A DNA stretch of 16,024 nucleotides from Amoeboradix gromovi X-113 (lineage: Eukaryota; Fungi; Sanchytriomycota), in assembly GCA_018985225.1 (NCBI GenBank), contig JADGIF010000169.1, positions 1 to 16,024 of the forward strand, written 5' to 3'. Position 1 is the first letter of the stretch, and each line of letters begins with the position of its first letter. Shown in pieces: positions 9,298-16,024 of the stretch. The notes beneath the pieces were generated by a model, which searched no databases, was not told where the DNA came from, and saw nothing but the letters and a program-made list of their open reading frames with translations. Position numbers and translations under genes: made by a program.

Positions 9298-9528
9298 ATG
9301 CGAGCTTTTTTGGCTGGCGCTGGAACAGCTTCCGCAATTCTGCTTGGAATACAGCATCACATTAGGAGCAATTACGAAGAAGTCCAGTCATCATTGCAGT
9401 CTGCAAAAGATGCTCTATCGGTAAGAATGCAAAGCCAGGAAGTACAACAACCAGTACTAAGACCAATTGCAGGTTTATGGAATACTGGAATATACAAGTT
9501 AGCCAGTATCTTAACCCATATACAGTAA
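9298..9528 (+). CDS. MICOS subunit Mic12/MIC13 (QIL1)-like small membrane protein; an in-frame upstream ATG at 9280 is an alternative start
   Basis: N-terminal Gly/Ala-rich TM segment 'AFLAGAGTASAILLGI', a short coiled region and C-terminal 'LWNTGI'. The WN motif is characteristic of Mic12/MIC13. Confidence 0.65.
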   Translation: MRAFLAGAGTASAILLGIQHHIRSNYEEVQSSLQSAKDALSVRMQSQEVQQPVLRPIAGLWNTGIYKLASILTHIQ

Positions 9529-9550
9529 ATGATTGCAATGATTTATTAAC

Positions 9551-9986
9551 TTAATTGTTAGAATTTTCACCACGTAATCGTCTTGCTAACTGCACATCTT
9601 TCACTTGAATTGTTACTCTTTTTGCATGACTAAATTAATAAAAACTACATTGCGGCTAGATTTGTGTCTTCAAATAGCCTTACCAAGTAAGCCTCTGCAG
9701 ATTCCTGCAAGGCCATTAACGCTAAACTCTGAAATTTAATGTCTGTCTTAAAATCTTGAGCTATTTCTCTTACTAAACGCTGAAATGGAAGCTTTCTGAT
9801 CAATAAATCTGTAGACTTTTGATATCTTCTAATTTCTCTCAACGCTACTGTTCCTGGCTTATATCGATGTGGTTTTTTGACTCCACCTTGAATTGGTGCA
9901 CTCTTTCGTGCTGCCTTTGTAGCCAATTGTTTTCGTGGAGCCTTACCTCCAGTTGACTTTCTTGCGGTCTGTTTCGTTCGAGCCAT
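9551..9986 (-). CDS. H3: Histone H3 (divergent variant); complement(join(9551..9629,9649..9986)), 138 aa
   Basis: [31 protein letters not shown]…. Intron removal gives '[32 protein letters not shown]'. AATAAA on the minus strand at 9542-9547. Confidence 0.98.
9630..9648 (-). other. 19-nt spliceosomal intron (phase 2) in H3: GTAGTTTTTATTAATTTAG
   Basis: Splits the Ile codon (AT|T) of the near-invariant 'AIHAKRVT'. Its boundaries are fixed by H3 conservation. Confidence 0.97.
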
Positions 9987-10035
9987 TTTCAAAAGTTTTG
10001 AGGGTGAGCCTCTGTTTTGATTAGATTTATGGCAT

Positions 10036-10046
10036 ATGATTGGCTG
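10036..10046 (-). promoter_or_regulatory. CCAAT box (CAGCCAATCAT) upstream of histone H3
   Basis: Good match to the NF-Y/HAP consensus RRCCAATSR, ~55 nt upstream of the H3 ATG. CCAAT boxes are common in histone promoters. Confidence 0.45.
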
Positions 10047-10507
10047 CGATGGGTTATTCTTGAATTTGCATCGATTTTATTTGTCAGAAGTAATTCTTCG
10101 ATTTTATGATGGTTGTACCTTATATACGTACAAGTTAAAGCCTGAATTTGATACAAGCTTTAATTCCTAACATTTTGGTGCCAGCCTTGTGCAATTTGCC
10201 TGGTTTTCAATGGTACAGTAGATGTACAAGGCTATGTACGTAACATTAAATATGAAACACGAGGACGAACATAGAAATGTTGGTGTTTTTGCAATGCCAA
10301 ATACTTCAAGTAATTATGAGCTAGATATGCTTACAGAAAACTTAGAAGTGTTTCGTTTCATCTTAAAATTTTGATTCTTGAAATAGAAAGATTATCGCAG
10401 CAACGAAAACACATGCAATGAAGTTAAGTGTACAAATGCTGAAGATACAGAGTGCTCTAGAATTGTATAACTTTTATCTATCTGATTGAATTTTTCGAAC
10501 TTCTCCT

Positions 10508-11555
10508 ATGTCTAATGGTATTGACACAGACTTGCTAACACTGACCAGATGCGTGGTTAACAATCAAAAATTGCACAACCAAGCCAAGGGCGACCTGACT
10601 CTTTTGCTAATGTCTGTTCAACTAGCTTGCAAGATGATTGCATCCACAGTTCGAAAAGCTGGTATTATCAACATGACTGGCCTGGCAGGAAACCAAAACG
10701 TACAAGGTGAAGATCAAAAAAAGCTGGATGTGTTGTCCAACGATTTTTTCATTAATGCTCTACAATCTTGCGGCAAAGTGAAATTGATGATTTCTGAAGA
10801 GAACGAAGATCCAATTATATCCAAATATGATGCACCGTATGCTGTCTGCTTTGACCCGCTTGATGGGTCTTCCAATATCGATGCAGGTGTCAATGTAGGT
10901 TCTATTTTCTCGATTTTCAAAATTAAAGATCAGAAGGATCCAATAAAAAGCGTTTTAACAACAGGAAGAGAAGTAGTTGCAGCAGGATATTGCATGTATG
11001 GTATGTCTACAGAGATGGTTATATGGACGGGTGATGATGTTGTTCAAGGATTTACCTTAGATCCTACAATTGGGGAGTTTTTGCTTACAAGGCCGTCTAT
11101 TCAAATTCCAGCTCGCGGCAAGATCTATTCTGTCAACGAGGGTAACTTCAATTCCTGGCATCCCTATTGTAAGACTTATTTTACTTCTGTAAAACAAGCT
11201 GTTGCTGCAGTAAAAGGCGAGGGATGCACTAGCGATAAAACCTATTCATTGAGATACGTTGGTAGTATGGTTGCAGATGTGCATAGAACGCTTCTATATG
11301 GCGGTATTTTTGCGTATCCCAAAGATTTGAAATCAAAAGGGAAACTGCGAATTCTCTACGAGGTATTTCCCATGTCCATTTTGATTGAAAAAGCAGGCGG
11401 TCTATCATACAATGAAGGAGACAGAGTAGTTCATATTAATTTAGGTTCTGGATATGGCACCAGCAGGCATACATGACAGGTGTGGAATTGTTTTGGGATC
11501 AAGGGATGATGTACAAGACGTAGTAGATTGCTATAACCATTATTTGACCAAATAA
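10508..11555 (+). CDS. FBP1: Fructose-1,6-bisphosphatase class I; join(10508..11425,11445..11555), 342 aa
   Basis: 'NVQGEDQKKLDVLSND', 'SEENE', 'FDPLDGSSNID', 'RYVGSMVADVHRTLLYGGIF', 'GKLRILYE'. The spliced C-terminus 'DR|VLDMAPAGIHDRCGIVLGSRDDV' matches the FBPase end. Confidence 0.97.
11426..11444 (+). other. 19-nt spliceosomal intron (phase 0) in FBP1: GTAGTTCATATTAATTTAG
   Basis: Removal restores the conserved 'R(V/I)LD..P..IH.R…LGS..DV' tail. Confidence 0.96.
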
Positions 11556-11562
11556 ATTTATT
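11551..11562. terminator. Palindromic bidirectional poly(A) signal AATAAATTTATT between convergent FBP1 and CCDC90-like genes
   Basis: AATAAA on + (11551-11556, containing the FBP1 TAA) abuts AATAAA on - (11557-11562), 4 nt past the CCDC90-like TAG. Confidence 0.65.
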
Positions 11563-11566
11563 AGAG

Positions 11567-12164
11567 CTAAACTATAAATCTTAAATATGCTAAGACCAGT
11601 CCACCTACATTAAATTAAAATACCAAAACCAAACGCAGTACCTACAACATTACGCACAATATCCAACTTAATGCTTTCAAGTTGCGTCCTCAGATTAGAG
11701 ACCTCTGTATCAATTTTTGCCTCTGATTCTCTAATTTTCGACTCTAACCCACTTGAATCTTCCCTCATTCTGCCTTTCTCTAGATTCAAATCCAACTTAA
11801 CACCACTTTGCAACCTATTCATATCTTCTCTCATTTTGTCTCTTAAGATATCCAATTCGTTGACAATACGATCATTTTCACTTTTCAAAACGGCAAAATC
11901 ATTATTTTGAAGTTGGTGAATATCACTTTTTAACTGTGAAAAATCCATTTTGGTCAACTGGATCTGCTTGTCTTGGTCCGACTTGGACACAAGCTCTGGT
12001 ACCATTACAGAATGTGTATCAATTAAGGATTCTGTAATTACCTGAACAAATTTATCTGCTTGCTCGGTGGTAAAGCCCGCTTCTTCAAGTCTAGTAAGCA
12101 GCTTTAGGGTGTCCAGCTTATCAAATATGGATTTGTTAATTTGTCTTGGTATTTTTGATAACAT
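11567..12164 (-). CDS. Mitochondrial CCDC90/MCUR1/Fmp32 family (DUF1640) protein; complement(join(11567..11604,11624..12164)), 192 aa
   Basis: Head motif 'LDTLKLLTRLEEAGFTTEQA', coiled coil 'GVKLDLNLEKGR…KIDTEVSNLRTQLESIKLD', and spliced C-terminal TM 'VVGTAFGFGGLVLAYLRF'. Confidence 0.92.
11605..11623 (-). other. 19-nt spliceosomal intron (phase 1) in the CCDC90-like gene: GTATTTTAATTTAATGTAG
   Basis: Fits the consensus. Removal completes the family's C-terminal TM anchor ending 'LAYLRF'. Confidence 0.9.
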
Positions 12165-12307
12165 TTTGTTTCAAATAGGAGGTGCTTCTAAATGCAGATA
12201 TTGCATAACAAATTTAGCAGAGTAGCTAGTTATGATAATTAGCTTGTTATGAAATAAGCCTATATTTATTGAAATTTTCTTTGTTTTATTCCCTTGAAAC
12301 TTCTAAA

Positions 12308-14099
12308 ATGGATATGGTATTGAATGTAACTGAAAACCTAATTGATATAATGCTCAAGGGATACAACATGGTACCAGGATCTCATATCGTAATAAAATAT
12401 GCTCGAAATAGCTATCAAAACGATCCGTTTAGAGTTTTTTTGGAAATAATTTTACTGGTATATACCATTAAATATCTTGTTCAAAAGCGTAAATCTACAA
12501 ATCCAGATCATATAAACTTGACCAACGAGGAAGTGGAAGAACTGATTCAAGATTGGAAGCCAGATCCTTTGGTTCCAGATGTGGACGAAAGCAAAACTCC
12601 TGTTATCACAAGCTCTATTAGTACTAAAGTCAAGGTGCAAGGTAACAATCGCAGCATGCTTAACATGATTTCCATCAACCCCGTAGGTTTGGTTGGTGAT
12701 AAGAAATTAATTGAAACCGCCAAAGACACTGTTTCCAAGTATGCCGTAGGGGCTTGCGGCCCTCCTGGATTTTATGGAACAATCGACGTTCATTTAGAAT
12801 TAGAAAAAAAGCTAGCCGAGTTTGTTGGTCATCACTCTGCTATCCTGTACTCTCAGGGATTTAGTGCTGTTAGTAGCGTTATTCCTGCGTTTGCTAAGCG
12901 TGGCGATATAATAATATGCGATGAGGCGGTCAACTTTGCAATTCAAAAAGGCGTTCAAATATCTAGATCGACTATTTATTTTTATCGCCACAACGATATG
13001 ACTGATTTGGAACGTGTATTAATTGAAGTAAACAACAAAACTAAAAAGAAACAATTGATGCGCAAGTTTATCATTACGGAAGGCTTGTTTATGAACACTG
13101 CGGATATTTGTGATTTACCTAAGCTTATTGCGCTTAAGTTGAAATATAAGTACAGGCTAATTATAGACGAAGCCATCAGTTTTGGATGCATTGGCTCTAC
13201 CGGCAGAGGTGTTGCTGAGTTTTTCAAGGAAGACCCCAAACAAATCGATATGATAATTGGCTCATTGTGCTACAGTTTGGGCTTGAGTGGTGGATTCTGT
13301 TGCTCTAATGATATAGCTGTAGAGCATCAACGACTTTCCGGATCTGCATACGTGTTTAGCGCTGCTTTGCCTCCCTTATTTGCTACTGCTGCTGTCAAGG
13401 CATTGGAGAGATTGGAGAGTAAACCGGAAATTTTTAACAATCTGCAGTCAAACATTAAGCTATTCCATAGCATAGTTGATAATACCCCAAACATCATATT
13501 TGAAGGCCATGAGAATAGCCCAATCATTCATCTGAAGATTGCTAAACTTCCATGTACCGACAGCGAATCTCCATTTAAATTTGTCCGTGCTTGCAAAGGG
13601 AGATCAAAGGTATTGGATGTAAAACTGGGCTCTACAGTTGACATGCAAGAGGTACTTTTTATTAATGTAGATCTGGGAAGCAGAAGTATTTCAACCTCCA
13701 CCAATTCTTGGAATTTTCCCTAGTAAAAGCAGTCTGAAACTGCCTGATTCAGAGACCATTAAAGTAGGATATAGTTCAGTCACTGCAAAGTTCCCTATTA
13801 CGCATCGTAATAATTTGTATACTCACCAGGATTACAAGCTAGTCAAGCTGGTATTGAATGAAATCATCGATGAATGTTGCCGCGAAGGTGTGTTGTTAAA
13901 CCATTCTTCATATATTGAACCGCAGGAGAAGATTATTGTGGAAGGCAACATCATAAAACGAATTAGAGTGGTAGAACCTACAATTCGTATATGTGTATCT
14001 AGCGGAATGAGTAAGAAAGATGTCGAGCAAGCAGGAAGAGTCGTAAAGAGCTCTTGCCAAAAGATTGTACGAAGATATCCAGCAATAAACTTGTACTAA
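12308..14099 (+). CDS. LCB1: Serine palmitoyltransferase subunit 1 (Lcb1/SPTLC1); join(12308..13651,13671..14099), 590 aa
   Basis: 'SYQNDPFRVFLE', 'EELIQDWKPDPLV', 'KYAVGACGPPGFYGTIDVHL', 'IPAFAKRGD', 'HQRLSGSAYVFSAALPP', 'PTIRICVSSG'. No PLP lysine in 'IGSLCYSLG', so LCB1 rather than LCB2. First ATG at 12308. Confidence 0.95.
13652..13670 (+). other. 19-nt spliceosomal intron (phase 0) in LCB1: GTACTTTTTATTAATGTAG
   Basis: Fits the consensus. Removal joins ORF 12269..13723 in frame with ORF 13815..14099 with no intervening stop. Confidence 0.92.
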
Positions 14100-15404
14100 T
14101 TATTTTATTTTTGTCAAGTACTTTGTACTATAATGACTAATAGCGTCAAACAAGTCGTTGGTAGTATACGCCGAAGAGTACTTTGAAGCGTATTTGACAT
14201 CGCAGATAGGAATTCCGTTTTCAGTTATTGATCCATGGGCCTGTAATATTAAATCTGCAACGCTATCCTTGTCGTTGAAATGGCCAAGCAATAAAAAGGA
14301 CATTCCAGTGAACAACTTGGAGCTCGATTTGTAGCTAAGCAAAGGAGCATCAGAACTTCCTTTCAAACATCCTGGTGCCAAATAAGGTAGTTCATCTAGT
14401 CTTTTATTAAAAGTGATACAGTCATGAATGTATGATTCCTGAACAATAGGAACGCCTTTTGATAGAGCTAGCAAATACTTAAACGTTCTCTTGGGCTGTT
14501 TTACATCATTAGAGCATACAAGATGAGTGAATTTGTAATTGCTATCTACAAACACACAAACTCCTTCAGATGTGGATAAGTTACAGCCCGAAGTAGTAGC
14601 ATACATTACAGAAGTATTCAAAGAATAGTCTAGAAAATCTGAGTCTGATTTAATTGAGTATTGTTTTTGAATAGATTTTGCAGCCTTGGTAGATGCTTGA
14701 CGAGATGTACTACTTCTTCTACTAGGCGTTTGTTCAGGGGTTGTTATACCCGAAAGGCCAAAAGAATTGTTCTTGAGCTTCTTGGAGGATGTGACTGTTG
14801 TGGATTTGCGTTTGGGCGTAATCCTTGGATTTTCTGATACATGCACATTTGACTTAACAACATTAGATAAGGACGATTTGCGGTCGCCTTTAGTTGCAAT
14901 TCTTGAAACTTCAGATTGTTTGGATTTTGATTTCAGCAGCGGCGTTTGATGCGGAAGTACCACTTCATTAGCAAAGTCATCATTCATAATATCATAAATA
15001 TCAATGTCATCATCACTGTTATCAGTGTGTCTCTTGGGTATCAGCGCGCTATTATTAGATGAGAATATTGAGTCAGTGTTTCCAAAGACATCCAACAAGT
15101 TACGTTGCTTTGGAACTACATCAATAACTTCTCCATTTAAAATATTTCTAGTTCTACGCATTGCAATGCATAGTTGCTCAAATAGGGGAAACGGTTTAGC
15201 TTTTGCATATTCATCGCACTTTATACATTTATCAATCTCGCAGTCCTCACAAGTAAAATGACCTTCTTTAGCTAAACAGTCATAAACTAGAGGCTTCTCC
15301 AACAGGCAATTACAGTTGATGCAGGTAAAGTATTTGATTATCAGTGAATTTATTTCTGAAAACAATTCAATGTTTGAATAATCAATAGGATCAGCTTGTA
15401 TCAT
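14100..15404 (-). CDS. BRCA1/BARD1-like protein: N-terminal C3HC4 RING, Ser/Lys-rich linker, C-terminal tandem BRCT; 434 aa
   Basis: RING 'CINC…KP…DC…GHFTCEDC….CIKC'. BRCT1 'TTSGC…THLVC…KRTFKYLLALSKGVPIVQESYIHDCI'. BRCT2 'KLFTGMSFLLLGHF…LILQAHG…LFDAISHY'. Confidence 0.8.
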   Translation of the reverse strand: MIQADPIDYSNIELFSEINSLIIKYFTCINCNCLLEKPLVYDCLAKEGHFTCEDCEIDKCIKCDEYAKAKPFPLFEQLCIAMRRTRNILNGEVIDVVPKQRNLLDVFGNTDSIFSSNNSALIPKRHTDNSDDDIDIYDIMNDDFANEVVLPHQTPLLKSKSKQSEVSRIATKGDRKSSLSNVVKSNVHVSENPRITPKRKSTTVTSSKKLKNNSFGLSGITTPEQTPSRRSSTSRQASTKAAKSIQKQYSIKSDSDFLDYSLNTSVMYATTSGCNLSTSEGVCVFVDSNYKFTHLVCSNDVKQPKRTFKYLLALSKGVPIVQESYIHDCITFNKRLDELPYLAPGCLKGSSDAPLLSYKSSSKLFTGMSFLLLGHFNDKDSVADLILQAHGSITENGIPICDVKYASKYSSAYTTNDLFDAISHYSTKYLTKIK

Positions 15405-16024
15405 TCGGAAAATGTTTTATGGAGATTGAAATTAAAATTGATTACTGATTGATCTACCAACAAAGAGACAACTAGTGCCTTATTAAGTTAAAGAATCTGC
15501 TCTAAAAAGTACATTTTAAGGGTGGGGGACATGCTCTAGGAAGACTAGACTGGAGTTAAAACTCATGCCAAAATGAAAGATAAATAGCTAGTAGATGTTC
15601 TAAGCTCATCAAAAAGCACACAGTATGATGGATACGAGCCTTATAAGACCATAGAGCTAGCCCAAAACCCGTCGCCATCGCCAGCGAACCCGACAAAGGC
15701 GGATCTGCTGCTCTACCAGTACTCTTTTGTAATCCCTATACACTAGTTTCTTGCTATTAATACTCTGAGCTTTCTGTACTGCCTTATCCTACATTTGTAG
15801 CCAGCATCTTTCCCTGACTGATCTCTTTGTAAATCCACCACCTTTAGTACGATATGAAACCTAAAGCTTTGCCTTTGATGCTCTTGCAGTTATATACCTT
15901 TCCAAAGGTTTTCACACAGAAAATCTATCGGTGTATCCCAATAATTGTTTTGCAGTCGCTGAGTCTGCCCAATTCCAAAAGGTTGAAAATTCAATAAACG
16001 GGACATCAAATATAAAAACTGGAC

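Noticed and set aside
1511-15261. Short ORFs overlapping real genes, antisense or out of frame (e.g. 1511-1780, 3548-3775, 4969-5253, 8831-9073, 9197-9424, 11671-11910, 12982-13239, 15004-15261)
   Set aside because: They are shadows of well-supported CDSs, with no recognisable motifs.
1-16024. Microsporidian or nucleomorph origin because of compaction and tiny introns
   Set aside because: Mitoribosomal S18, cardiolipin synthase, MICOS, CCDC90 and FBPase indicate a host nuclear genome with a genome-bearing, cristate mitochondrion, which canonical microsporidia and nucleomorphs do not encode.
1-16024. tRNA, rRNA, snRNA, CRISPR or prokaryotic defence systems
   Set aside because: No recognisable cloverleaf, rRNA or snRNA motif, or repeat-spacer array was seen by eye, and the context is eukaryotic. 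Small ncRNAs cannot be excluded without a covariance-model search.

Overview
A gene-dense, AT-rich eukaryotic nuclear segment. Histone H3 motifs are fungal-type. NEDD1, a TMC-like channel and a RING+tandem-BRCT gene point to an early-diverging, probably zoosporic, fungus or holomycotan with a conventional cristate mitochondrion; the species cannot be assigned from this window. About 12 protein genes are supported: CPSF1/CFT1, NEDD1, a TMC-like protein, a possible minimal RPA34, mitochondrial S18, cardiolipin synthase, Mic12/MIC13-like, a histone H3 variant, FBPase, CCDC90/MCUR1-like, LCB1 and a BRCA1/BARD1-like gene. The main finding is five spliceosomal introns of exactly 19 nt with the consensus GTANTTYWWWTTAATNTAG. 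Each one repairs a broken ORF, and all lie in the last quarter of the CDS. Also present: extreme compaction (0-bp and 11-bp tail-to-tail gaps, poly(A) signals fused with stop codons or inside CDSs), a ~345-bp TIR-flanked non-autonomous transposon relic, and several intergenic stretches that look like decayed ORFs. Family assignments come from motif recognition by eye; no database search was run.
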